A DNA stretch of 64,000 bases from an uncultured delta proteobacterium (GTDB lineage Bacteria; Desulfobacterota; Desulfobacteria; Desulfobacterales; B30-G6), in assembly GCA_963823335.1 (NCBI GenBank), contig CAWGLD010000005.1, positions 192,001-256,000 of the forward strand, read 5' to 3'. Positions 50,758-60,169 of this stretch are shown one piece after another (the stretch's first letter is position 1; the number at the start of each line of letters is the position of its first letter). A model generated the notes under the pieces. The model saw only the letters and a list, made by a program, of their open reading frames with translations, did not search any database and was not told the DNA's origin. Both the position numbers and the translations under genes were made by a program.

Positions 50758-51156
50758 ATGCAGAAAAAACAACATGAGAGCGAATCTGCACGAAATGTAT
50801 CCGTAACATCACATGCGGTCTGTATTCATGTGATGCCCGGTATCTGCGGATTTACCGCTGTTATCAGCGCATGCAAACTGGAAAATAAGAAAATACGTTT
50901 CCAGATTTCAGATTCAGAGTGTGGGCAGATCAAGATGCTTGCGGCAACTTTGCAAGAAATGGATTGGAAAGACCTGTTTGTGCCCCTGACACGCAACCCG
51001 GTGTATGTAAATGCCGAGAAATCAGGATGCCACCCGTCATGTGTCATACCTGCGGCGATGCTCAAAGCCGCAGAGGTAGCGATGGGAATGGCGATTCCAA
51101 AAGATGTTTATTTCCGATTTCAACCGTGTGACGGGGAGCCGATCCATGAAGACTAA
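50758..51156 (+). CDS. Conserved Cys-containing hypothetical protein (DUF6951-like)
   Basis: PGICGF, SECG, CHPSCVIP, KAAEVAMGMAIPKDV. Confidence 0.6.
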   Translation: MQKKQHESESARNVSVTSHAVCIHVMPGICGFTAVISACKLENKKIRFQISDSECGQIKMLAATLQEMDWKDLFVPLTRNPVYVNAEKSGCHPSCVIPAAMLKAAEVAMGMAIPKDVYFRFQPCDGEPIHED

Positions 51157-51742
51157 AACGGTGGTACCGTTTCGATCCAATGCAGGCATATCTTACGCGT
51201 TGATGAACCGGCTTTTGAGCAGCGGAAAAAAATACGGGCTGAACGCAATATTCCCATTCAGCCCGGAAAAAATTGTCGTTGCCGAATGGGTACTTTTAAA
51301 GTGCCAGTACGGCTGCAGTTGCTACAATACCAACTGGACATGTCCCCCAACGACACCGGATCCTGAAAGGGCACGCGCGATTCTAAACGAATACTCGTTG
51401 GCGTTGTTTCTCGTCGGCAGCAGGAACTGCTCAGATTTTTACCTGGACAACTCGCGTAAACGCGCCAGTCAGGTAAAATGTTGGAAAGGCACCATATCAC
51501 TGGAAAGGATGCTTTTTCTTGAAGGTTACTATAAAGCGTTCAGTCTTGTGGGTGAATGCTGCGCTCTGTGCAAGAGCTGTGCATATCCGGAAGTTTGCCG
51601 GTTTCCACAGGAAAAAAGGCCCGCAGTGGAGTCTTTTTCGATCGATGTGATCAGCACCTTGCACAATCTTGAGACGAACTCGACCGTGGCAACAAAACTG
51701 GACGACAATTTCAACTATTTCTCGATCATTCTTCTTGAATAG
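51146..51742 (+). CDS. DUF2284 predicted metal-binding protein
   Basis: KCQYGC, WTCPP, CCALCKSC, CRFP..RP..E...IDV. Confidence 0.8.
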   Translation: MKTKTVVPFRSNAGISYALMNRLLSSGKKYGLNAIFPFSPEKIVVAEWVLLKCQYGCSCYNTNWTCPPTTPDPERARAILNEYSLALFLVGSRNCSDFYLDNSRKRASQVKCWKGTISLERMLFLEGYYKAFSLVGECCALCKSCAYPEVCRFPQEKRPAVESFSIDVISTLHNLETNSTVATKLDDNFNYFSIILLE

Positions 51743-52016
51743 ACAAAGGCAGACGATCTTTTAACAATCGCTACATTTTAGTTTTTTAACTTGACTATAA
51801 TGGCAGAAATCTTCATCCTAAAAGAGCCAGATTTCTGCACATTGATGGTAAAAAAGCGGCAGACCGGTCTGAACAACGAATCGCAAAAATATTAGATGAC
51901 GGAAAATGCCGGTCCAGTTGCTGTAACCCGCACAATTCTGAAAGGGGGTGATACGCAGGAAGCTCAATTTCAACCCACCTAAAACAATTACCTATTATCA
52001 GGAAAGGAGAGAAGCA

Positions 52017-53051
52017 ATGGCCAAACAAATGCTCATAGATGCTTATCGGGGAAAGATGACGCCCAAAGCACCGTGGGTACCGTATGCTGGTGTGCATTGT
52101 GCATTCTTGATCGAAGAAGAAGCCGATACAATGCTAAAAGATCCGGAACTTCTTGCAAAGGGTGTTGTGGAGGCAGCAAAACGGTACAAAGCAGACGGTA
52201 TCCCCCTTCTATTCGATCTCTCGGTGGAAGCCAACTCCATTGGTTGTGACTTGAAATGGTGGCCGGACAATGTTCCTTCTGTCCAGAATCATCCCTGTTC
52301 AGACAAAACCCCTCAGGACGCAGGACTTAAGCTCCCCACCAAGGATTCCGGCAGGTGGCCCGTTATTTTTGAGGCTGCAAGAATCGCCAAACCTCAACTG
52401 CAAGAGCTTGACTGCGCTCTTATGGGTCTTTTTTGTGGCCCGTTGACACTGGCGTCCCATCTGGCTGGTGTGCGTATCTTTACCGATGTATACAAAAACA
52501 GGGAATTTGCCCACGAAGTCGTGAAATTTGCAGGTGCGGTGGGTGCATTATCTGCACAATTCTATGCGGAAATGGGTTGTGAGATCATTGCCTGTGTGGA
52601 CCCGGTTGCCTCACAGATTAAGTCCGAAACCTTCAAGGAGTTCGTTACGCCTAATTGTCAAGAGGCGATTAAGGTTATTCACGACGCCGGATTGACCTCA
52701 TCCTTTTTTATTTGTGGCGACTGTACCAGGGTCATGGAAGATGTTTGCCAGATCGGTACGCATGGGTTTGCCATCGATGAACAGCTGAACTTGAATTTTG
52801 TACGCGACCTTGCGCGCAAACACGGTGTCGGGTTTGGTGGCAACTTGAAGCTGACCCTTGCTTTGAGCCTGGGTTTGATCTCCTCCAGAGAAGATGCCAT
52901 CGTGAGCCTTGCCGCCGGAGGGCAACACGGCTACACGTTTGCACCCGGCTGAGATATGCCATACGATGTTCCGGTGGAACATATGGACCAAGCGCTCGAA
53001 GTCAGGGATTGGTATGAACAATTCTATGCCAAGTATCCGGAATCTTGGTAA
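52017..53051 (+). CDS. MtaA/UroD-fold methyltransferase selenoprotein (APG-U-DMP)
   Basis: In-frame TGA 52950-52952 aligns with the PGCD Cys of paralog 46756; 32 further codons to TAA 53049-53051; SECIS-like hairpin. Confidence 0.9.
52959..52986 (+). promoter_or_regulatory. SECIS-like hairpin
   Basis: CCAU-ACG-AUGUUCC-GGU-GGAACAU-AUGG; loop 20 nt after UGA. Confidence 0.8.
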
Positions 53052-53078
53052 ACCATTTATGAAAGGAGACTTCGGATT

Positions 53079-53468
53079 ATGGCAGATAAAATACACATAG
53101 ATGTTCTGACCCTGGACAGTGTTCAATGCGCTGCCTGCGGGTACATGATGGAGTCGATTGCCGCGCTCCCAGGTGATATACAGGCGGTGATCGAATACAA
53201 GGAACACTCGATTAAAAACAAAGAAGGTGTCGGTAAATTTCTCGAGCTCAAAGGCAAGGTGCTCCCAACGATTTGCATTGAGAACGATCTGGTGTTTGAG
53301 AGTATCATCCCGCAATACGAGGAACTCATCGACGCTATGGCTCAAAGAGCACCCAACGATGAATTACGGGAAAAGATTAAAGCCCTTCGCGAGCACGGTT
53401 TCGAGTTTGACAAAATACAGGAAAACCTGGCCAAGGCGGGCTCCGGTCAAAAAACGCGCGCGAACTGA
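53079..53468 (+). CDS. Thioredoxin-fold protein (C-A-A-C-G-Y-M)
   Basis: DVLTLDSVQCAACGYM, LPTICIENDLVFESIIP. Confidence 0.85.
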   Translation: MADKIHIDVLTLDSVQCAACGYMMESIAALPGDIQAVIEYKEHSIKNKEGVGKFLELKGKVLPTICIENDLVFESIIPQYEELIDAMAQRAPNDELREKIKALREHGFEFDKIQENLAKAGSGQKTRAN

Positions 53469-53511
53469 GAATAAGCGTTTAAAAGAACGAACATCAACTA
53501 TTTGCAATGAT

Positions 53512-53543
53512 GCGATTGGGGGCCCCTCGGGGCCCTCAATCGC
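53512..53543 (+). terminator. Probable rho-independent terminator
   Basis: GCGATTGGGGGCCCC-TC-GGGGCCCTCAATCGC followed by CTTCTT. Confidence 0.65.
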
Positions 53544-53602
53544 CTTCTTGGGAATGACAACTTTTTCGAAAACGGATAGTTCCCGATTATAGGGTCCCCA
53601 CT

Positions 53603-53905
53603 ATGTCCATAAATCATCTTGAGGGGGTACTGGCGTTAAAGCAGCTTGTAATTAGGCATGGACTGCCGAGAGACGATTATGCGTTCTTTGGTGTCAAATG
53701 TCCTTATTGCGGGAAAATGGATCGCATCTGCCGTTTGGATCCTCCCGGGAGACTGAAGCAGGCTATGGGTCCCGAGGACACACTGTCATATGCAGAGCGT
53801 TGGAATACGGTTTCCCTTCCTGATCATTTGTTGGGTGTGTGTAAATTTTGCCACAACCTCCTGAAGCTGGACGAGACGATGAAGGCCGCCCCCCTGGCCG
53901 AGTAA
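53603..53905 (+). CDS. Hypothetical Zn-ribbon-like protein
   Basis: CPYC ... CKFC pairs. Confidence 0.6.
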   Translation: MSINHLEGVLALKQLVIRHGLPRDDYAFFGVKCPYCGKMDRICRLDPPGRLKQAMGPEDTLSYAERWNTVSLPDHLLGVCKFCHNLLKLDETMKAAPLAE

Positions 53906-54040
53906 CACCCTATTGTAGTAATTTAATTCACTGCCGAACCCGCTGCCCGATGAAGGCGAATCCACATGTTTCTTTATAACTATTTTGGAAGATCAAGCCA
54001 ATGAGAACCCCCCATGCAAACCTGATACTGGAGGAAGATA

Positions 54041-54286
54041 ATGAAAGTTGAAGTTTTGGGACCGGGATGCAAACGATGTGAAAAACTTTACACCAACACG
54101 ACCGAGGCTGCATCGGCTTTCAGTGCCTCAAACACGATTGAGGTTGTAAAGGTGAAAGACATAAAATATTTTGCAAAAATGGGGGTATTCATGACGCCCG
54201 GGCTAGTTATCGACGGTGAGCTTATTTCAACCGGAAAAGTGTTATCCCCCGAAGAAATCAAAAAGAAAATTGAGGAGAAAATGTGA
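54041..54286 (+). CDS. MTH895/TM0996-like small redox-active disulfide protein
   Basis: VLGPGCKRC, GVFMTPGLVIDG. Confidence 0.88.
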   Translation: MKVEVLGPGCKRCEKLYTNTTEAASAFSASNTIEVVKVKDIKYFAKMGVFMTPGLVIDGELISTGKVLSPEEIKKKIEEKM

Positions 54287-54289
54287 TCC

Positions 54290-55324
54290 ATGTTTGACAC
54301 GACGCGGGTATATTTAATTACGGGTTTTCTCGGAAGCGGCAAAACCACATTGTTGAATCGGATTATCGACGGCTTCCCCAAGGACAAAAAACTGACCCTC
54401 CTGGTAAACGAATTCGGCGAGGTAGGTGTGGACGGCACCTTGGTGGAGGGTGACGACATCGATATGATGGAAATCAGCAAAGGGTCGATTTTCTGTGTCT
54501 GTGTCAAAACCGATTTTATCAAAGGCCTGTATGAACTCAACACGAAAGTCAAACCCGATGTCCTTTTGATCGAATCCACCGGGGTGGCAAACCCCACTGA
54601 CCTGAAAAGAGATCTCAAACTTCCTATATTCAACGATCGGTTTCATTTTCAGGAGCAGTTCTGCGTCATCGATGCCGTCCATTTTATGGATGCTTTCGAA
54701 GTCTATGCTTCCCTCGAAAAACAGATTGCCTCGTCCAGTGTCTTTATTATTAATAAAACGGATATCGCAACGCCTGAAGGTATCGAAGCGATCAAAAAGG
54801 TGGTCCGGCAATTTCATCCGGACCCCTTGTTTTATGAGACCACCTATGCTGATTTACCACTGAATCGATTTTTTGACTTCAATGGGGGGCACAACCCGGA
54901 TACGCAGAGAACAAAAGCTTTGGTTGAGCATACCCATGTGCTATCCGAACAGGAGTTGGAGAGATTTCTCGATGATATGCTCGACAATCCTGACCTGGAA
55001 ATCACCCCACCGGATGCCCTTGTTTCCGTGGCCTATCAATGGGAAGGCAACAACCTTGAGCAGATTAAAAACATGGCCAGGGCATTGCCTGCCGATATCG
55101 TGCGTGCGAAAGGTTTTGTTGTCGCAGAGGGCAGCTTATTTATTTTCAACTATGTCATGGGAACCTGGAGTATAGAACCATCGAGGAAGCCGATGGAGCG
55201 CGTCGTTCATAAAAACATCATTGTCTTCATCGGTCCTCAGGAAACGATGGCAGGAATTGAATCTGTGATAAGCGGTGAAAACTGGAAAAGCAGGGGGATT
55301 TTTCAGCCCTATTCCGAGGGATAG
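54290..55324 (+). CDS. CobW/COG0523 GTPase (variant GSIFCVC motif)
   Basis: GFLGSGKTT, NEFG, GSIFCVC, ESTG, NKTD. Confidence 0.88.
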   Translation: MFDTTRVYLITGFLGSGKTTLLNRIIDGFPKDKKLTLLVNEFGEVGVDGTLVEGDDIDMMEISKGSIFCVCVKTDFIKGLYELNTKVKPDVLLIESTGVANPTDLKRDLKLPIFNDRFHFQEQFCVIDAVHFMDAFEVYASLEKQIASSSVFIINKTDIATPEGIEAIKKVVRQFHPDPLFYETTYADLPLNRFFDFNGGHNPDTQRTKALVEHTHVLSEQELERFLDDMLDNPDLEITPPDALVSVAYQWEGNNLEQIKNMARALPADIVRAKGFVVAEGSLFIFNYVMGTWSIEPSRKPMERVVHKNIIVFIGPQETMAGIESVISGENWKSRGIFQPYSEG

Positions 55325-55367
55325 CGTTGCGATTCAAACATCATTTGCAGACGATTGAGTTGAAAAG

Positions 55368-56291
55368 GTGACGATGGATATGTATGATTTGATGATTGTT
55401 GGTGCGGGACCTGCAGGCATGACCGCTGCATTGTATGCGCAGAGGATGGGGCTGGATGTGCTTGTTTTTGGCGATATTGCCGGGGGCAGCACGTATATGA
55501 TCGAACAACTGAACAATTTTCCCGGGTTTATGAACGGGATTCCTGGAACCCAGTTCGGTCTTCAAACGTTTCAGCAGGCACAGCAAGAAGGCGCTTTCTT
55601 TACCATGACCCGGTTGGACGGCCTTTCTTTTGCAAACGGGCGGTTTATCGGAACCGATGCGGCCGGGAAATCGATCGTCGCAACGTGTGCCATTGTCGCT
55701 ACCGGAAGAACCCCCCAAAGATTGGACATTCCAAACGCAAATCTGAAAGGCATTCATTTCTGCTCGATATGCGATGGCCCTCTTTACAGGAACAAGCATG
55801 CGCATCTATCGGTCATCGGAAGCGATAACGCTGCCGGGCAGCATGCCATAGCCCTATCACGGGTGGCGGACAAAGTGCTCTTGGTTTGTCGGAGCGAGCA
55901 GCTGCTGATGGATGCTGTGCACCGGAAACAGATCGCATCCAAACAGAATCTCGATGTGCTTTGCGGAGTCGAAGTCTTGGGCTACGAGGGTCTCGACATG
56001 ATCGAGGGCATGAGGGTCAGGACAATGGAAGGTACTGAAAAACTATTGCCGGTGGATGGTGTCTTTCTGGCCATTGGCTGGCAACCGAATACAGGAATGC
56101 TGGATCTTGCCGCCGATACCACAGCGGAGGGCTATTTGAAGACCGATGAAAAATTAATGACCTCATTTCCAGGACTTTTTGCCGCCGGAGATGTCCGTAA
56201 TACAGATATGTGGCAGGTGTTGACGGCGTGTGCCGACGGCGCAAGGGCTGCCAAGCATGTTGCTGGGTTTTTATCGATCAGCCGACAATAA
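55368..56291 (+). CDS. Thioredoxin reductase-family FAD/NAD(P) oxidoreductase
   Basis: GAGPAG, ATG, CSICDG, FAAGDV; NADPH-binding GGG motif altered to IGSDNAA. Confidence 0.85.
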   Translation: MTMDMYDLMIVGAGPAGMTAALYAQRMGLDVLVFGDIAGGSTYMIEQLNNFPGFMNGIPGTQFGLQTFQQAQQEGAFFTMTRLDGLSFANGRFIGTDAAGKSIVATCAIVATGRTPQRLDIPNANLKGIHFCSICDGPLYRNKHAHLSVIGSDNAAGQHAIALSRVADKVLLVCRSEQLLMDAVHRKQIASKQNLDVLCGVEVLGYEGLDMIEGMRVRTMEGTEKLLPVDGVFLAIGWQPNTGMLDLAADTTAEGYLKTDEKLMTSFPGLFAAGDVRNTDMWQVLTACADGARAAKHVAGFLSISRQ

Positions 56292-56316
56292 AATAGTCAT
56301 AAGAGGAGGCAGCCGA

Positions 56317-57462
56317 GTGAAAGCACCGAAACCATTGACGCCAAACTCACCGGTCAAACTGATATTTACCGGTGGATTTCTAGGAACGGGCAAAACCACA
56401 GCCCTTGCAGTATTGGCAAGAGAACTCATCGGTCAGGGTAAACGGGTCGGAATTATAACCAACGACCAAAGCGAAAACCTGGCGGATACGATCATTGTCA
56501 AGCAGTTACTCGGCGAGTTGGGTGTGCCGGTAGAGGAGGTTGTTGAGGGTTGTTTCTGCTGCAAATTCGATGAGCTTATCGATCAGATGGAGAAAATTCT
56601 CGTACACAAACCGGATGTCCTGATGGGTGAACCTGTGGGGAGTTGTACCGATTTTGTCGCGGCGGTTGCCAACCCCATAAAGATTCATTACAGGGATGCT
56701 TTCAGATTCGCACCATTTTCAACCATGGTAGACCCTGTTCGGGTTGGGGAATTTCTGATGGAGGACACCCAGACGACTTTTCCAGAGGAAGTGTCCTATC
56801 TTTTTCGCAAGCAGCTGGAGGAAGCGGACCTGATTGTGCTGAACAAGATCGACCAGTTATCCGATCCGGAAAGAGAGCGGCTTGTGGACGTTCTCAAGAA
56901 AAACTATCCTAAAAAGGAAGTGATGCCTGTGTCGGCAAAATACGGAAACGGTATGTCCGAATGGCTCGATGTCTTGCTTTCCGGAAGCCCCGGTGCGGAC
57001 ACGGTTTTGCATGAAATCGACTACGATCGTTATGCCAGAGCCGAGGCAGTGCTGGGATGGCTCAATGCTGCCGTAAAAATTACCGCCGACCGGTCGTTCG
57101 ATTCCGCAGTATGTTTGCGGGATCTGGCAGTAAAGTTAAGAGATGCCTTCCGGGAGATAAATGCCGGTATCGGCCATATAAAAATTGTCATGACCAGTGC
57201 CGGAAAATCCATGTGGGTCAATCTTACCCACCTGGCCGCCGAACCGATGCTCAGCGATAAACAGCTGGGAGATATCCCCGGGGGCAGTCTCATTGTCAAC
57301 GCCAGGGTTCAGATCGTTCCCGAGGTACTGGAAACCATCGTGCGCAGCGCCATTGAAGAGACATCCGTTTCACAAGGCTTTCGATGGGAAATCATCGACC
57401 TGCAATGCTTCAGCCCGGCATATCCTAACCCGCCTTACCTGGTTCGTGAAGAAAGCGTCTAA
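56317..57462 (+). CDS. CobW/COG0523-like GTPase
   Basis: GGFLGTGKTT, NDQ, GCFCC, EPVGSCTD, NKID; GTG start after GAGGAGG. Confidence 0.85.
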   Translation: MKAPKPLTPNSPVKLIFTGGFLGTGKTTALAVLARELIGQGKRVGIITNDQSENLADTIIVKQLLGELGVPVEEVVEGCFCCKFDELIDQMEKILVHKPDVLMGEPVGSCTDFVAAVANPIKIHYRDAFRFAPFSTMVDPVRVGEFLMEDTQTTFPEEVSYLFRKQLEEADLIVLNKIDQLSDPERERLVDVLKKNYPKKEVMPVSAKYGNGMSEWLDVLLSGSPGADTVLHEIDYDRYARAEAVLGWLNAAVKITADRSFDSAVCLRDLAVKLRDAFREINAGIGHIKIVMTSAGKSMWVNLTHLAAEPMLSDKQLGDIPGGSLIVNARVQIVPEVLETIVRSAIEETSVSQGFRWEIIDLQCFSPAYPNPPYLVREESV

Positions 57463-57496
57463 CCACGATTTTTGTCGAATGATAAAGGAAAACCCC

Positions 57497-57790
57497 ATGA
57501 AAGAGATAGAAAAAATCCATCTCGAAGTACTGCACGAAGGTGCGCATTGAATCCCCTGCGAATACATGACCAGGGTGGTCGAATCTGTGGCGCCGGATTT
57601 TGGTGAGCGTTTGCAATGGGAAAAAGTCGTGACCAAAGAAATGAAAGGTGCCTTGAGGTACGGAGAATTATCAAAAAGCATCGGGCGCCCGGCGCCTGTT
57701 CCCTCTATCTTTATCAATGGAAAACTGGTTTTTGAACAGACGCCGAGCACTGAGGATCTTGCGGGGTTCCTGGAAAAACTGGTTGTTTGA
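57497..57790 (+). CDS. Thioredoxin-fold selenoprotein (U-I-P-C-E-Y-M), 97 aa
   Basis: MKEIEKIHLEVLHEGAH-TGA(57548)-IPCEYM in frame with ORF 57566-57790 (APVPSIFINGKLVF); aligns with paralog 60170 (YCLPCFYM). Confidence 0.9.
57568..57580 (+). promoter_or_regulatory. SECIS-like hairpin
   Basis: GACCA-GGG-UGGUC; loop 22 nt after UGA. Confidence 0.6.
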
Positions 57791-57810
57791 TGCCAAAAGG
57801 AGATATTTGT

Positions 57811-58056
57811 GTGATCCGGATTGAAGTTATCGGTTTAGACCCCCCTTGCAGGAAATGCAACGAGCTGTTCGCCAACGTAAAACAGGCACTGGAGGAAATG
57901 GGGTTCGAAGCCGAAGTCTCAAAAAAATGGACCCTGTCCCAAGAAATTCGAACTGCATACGGCCTGCTGCTCAGCCCGGCACTGGCAATTGAAGGCGTGG
58001 TGGTTTTCCAGGGTAAGGTGTTCAAACCGGAACGTATTAAGGACCTTTTACGCTGA
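57811..58056 (+). CDS. MTH895-like small redox-active disulfide protein
   Basis: IEVIGLDPPCRKC, YGLLLSPALAIEG; GTG start after AGGAG. Confidence 0.8.
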   Translation: MIRIEVIGLDPPCRKCNELFANVKQALEEMGFEAEVSKKWTLSQEIRTAYGLLLSPALAIEGVVVFQGKVFKPERIKDLLR

Positions 58057-58062
58057 ATCGTT

Positions 58063-58365
58063 ATGAAAACAAGGAATAAGAAATCCGACGCCAATGCCCG
58101 TGAATTGTATAAAAAGGGATGCGAGCTGAAGCGTGCCGGCAACCTCAGGGCGGCTGTCGCCAGTTTTTCAAAAGCGATCGATTGCGACACTCAATTTGCG
58201 GAAGCCTATTTTTCGAGAGGTGCGAGTTATTATCTGCTGGGCCAATATCAACTTGCCGGGATGGATATGGATGCGGCTGTGCTGCTTGGATGCCAGGATG
58301 CCCAGTTGTGGAGCAGATTCGACATGCATTATATGACGGAATCAGACGAGGACAGGGATACCTAA
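58063..58365 (+). CDS. TPR repeat protein
   Basis: AVASFSKAI..AEAYFSRG..Y..LG TPR pattern. Confidence 0.75.
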   Translation: MKTRNKKSDANARELYKKGCELKRAGNLRAAVASFSKAIDCDTQFAEAYFSRGASYYLLGQYQLAGMDMDAAVLLGCQDAQLWSRFDMHYMTESDEDRDT

Positions 58366-58467
58366 CGCCACAGGGAGGGCGCGCTTTTTAGCTTCCGGGT
58401 CCGCTTTTCGCCATAACAGGTGTGATGACCGTTGTATGACATGTTCAGAAATGGCGATACATGGTGA

Positions 58468-59967
58468 TCATGAATCCAAATCGAGGAGTTCGAGTGCAGC
58501 GTCGGTTGGAGACATTCGACCCTCTTTTACGGCGCCGGTCAGTTTCAGAACCTTGGTTTTAGATCGTTTGTAAAACCGCTCTTTTAAACCTTCTTCCACA
58601 AGCGACCACATCCAATTTACGGATTGCCGGCGTCTTTTCTGTGAAAACTCACCCGATGCTTCCATTCTGGATCGGTAGTCCGAAATGGCCTGCCATATGT
58701 CGATGATGCCGTCCATGTTTTTTGAACTGCAGGTGAGAACCGGTACTTTCCATGCCGGGGACTCCTGTTTGACGATGCTCAGTGCGGATTCATAAATTTT
58801 TTTTGCTTCCCTGGCTTTTTCAATGTTGTCCCCATCGGCCTTGTTGATGACGATGGCATCCGCCAGTTCCAATATGCCTTTCTTGATCCCTTGAAGTTCG
58901 TCTCCTGCACCGGTGATCATCAACATCAGAAAAAAATCGACCATTGATGCCACATGTGATTCCGACTGACCGATACCCACGGTTTCCACCAGCAAGATTT
59001 CATATCCTGCAGCCTCGCAGATGACCATACTTTCTTTGGTTTTTTTTGCGATGCCGCCTAAAGTGCCGCCGGAGGCAGAGGGGCGGATAAATGCGTTCGG
59101 ATGGCCCGAGAGCCGTTTCATTCGGGTTTTGTCTCCTAGAACACTACCTCCGGTTTTCGAACTGCTGGGATCTACCGCTAGAACCGCCACACGATGCCCC
59201 ATATCGGCGAGCATTGTCCCGAAACTTTCTATAAATGTACTTTTACCTGCACCTGGAACGCCTGATATGCCGATGCGTAAAGCTTTACCCGATAAAAGCA
59301 GCAGTTGTTCGATAAGTTGGTCGGCTACCTGGCGATGTCCGGCCCGAGTGTCTTCAATGAGGGTTATGACCTTGGCGATAACCGCCCTGTCCCCGGCAAC
59401 GACGCCATCGATACATTGTCTCAGCTCAGGACGGGTTTGTTTTCTTTCCTCTAAATGGTAGAGTAATCGAGATAACCCCGATACTATATCATGACCAATA
59501 TCCAGGACTTCGTCGAAGCCGAATTCCTGATGTTTGTTTTCGACTTCCTCAAAGGCCTGCTTCCAGGCGACATTTAAAATTTTGCCACCCGATGCAACAG
59601 AAACAGCTTCCACCAGTCGGGTGACGGATGATTCCGATAGTTTGTAATCGAACGGAAACAGGACAGCATGGACATCGTTCTCAACGGCAGCTCGGGCTGT
59701 TTGTCCATGGGGAAGCCCTCCGGGATGGATATCCACGTCAAACCCCCACTGGGAAAAGGCGGTGGGAACGAGATTGTCAATACGGTTCGCGCTATTTGAT
59801 ACAATGCCACAAAGAAGAATTCTTGGCCGGCGCCCCATCCTTTGTTCGAAAAGGTCCGTTCTCCGGTTGAGAGTATGAGAGATGGTGTTGTCCAGAAGAA
59901 TGCTTTTAAAGCGTGCGAACAGGTTTCGGTTCCCAGGTCGCGTTTTATTTGCTTGGATTTGGCGCAT
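58468..59967 (-). CDS. Fusion of a degenerate methylmalonyl-CoA-mutase-type B12-binding domain with a MeaB GTPase
   Basis: N-term GRRPRILL..GFDVDI..AAVENDVH (lacks DxHxxG); C-term GVPGAGKST, DPSS..GGSVLGDKTRM, ETVGIGQ, NKAD. Confidence 0.8.
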   Translation of the reverse strand: MRQIQANKTRPGNRNLFARFKSILLDNTISHTLNRRTDLFEQRMGRRPRILLCGIVSNSANRIDNLVPTAFSQWGFDVDIHPGGLPHGQTARAAVENDVHAVLFPFDYKLSESSVTRLVEAVSVASGGKILNVAWKQAFEEVENKHQEFGFDEVLDIGHDIVSGLSRLLYHLEERKQTRPELRQCIDGVVAGDRAVIAKVITLIEDTRAGHRQVADQLIEQLLLLSGKALRIGISGVPGAGKSTFIESFGTMLADMGHRVAVLAVDPSSSKTGGSVLGDKTRMKRLSGHPNAFIRPSASGGTLGGIAKKTKESMVICEAAGYEILLVETVGIGQSESHVASMVDFFLMLMITGAGDELQGIKKGILELADAIVINKADGDNIEKAREAKKIYESALSIVKQESPAWKVPVLTCSSKNMDGIIDIWQAISDYRSRMEASGEFSQKRRRQSVNWMWSLVEEGLKERFYKRSKTKVLKLTGAVKEGRMSPTDAALELLDLDS

Positions 59968-60169
59968 ATGATATGGCAGTATAAAAACTTAGGTGTTGCG
60001 ATGCATGCGTGTCACATCTCATGGTCCGATTTTACCGCCGAAACATATTTGAAAAACCGGCCCATGTCAACAGAATGACTCATGTACAGTGGTCGAATCG
60101 TTTTGCAACACTTCTTCCCGAAATATGGGCGAAAAATTCTGATCAATACATGAAAGGTCAACTTACAAT

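Noticed and set aside
53466-53474. TGA-GAA-TAA at the end of thioredoxin 53079 as a possible C-terminal Sec
   Set aside because: No G-loop hairpin downstream and no Cys context; treated as an ordinary stop.
54284-54292. TGA of the MTH895-like gene is in frame with the downstream CobW (ATG TGA TCC ATG): possible Sec read-through fusion
   Set aside because: Both proteins are complete on their own, the TGA is not at a Cys-motif position, and I see no convincing SECIS hairpin.
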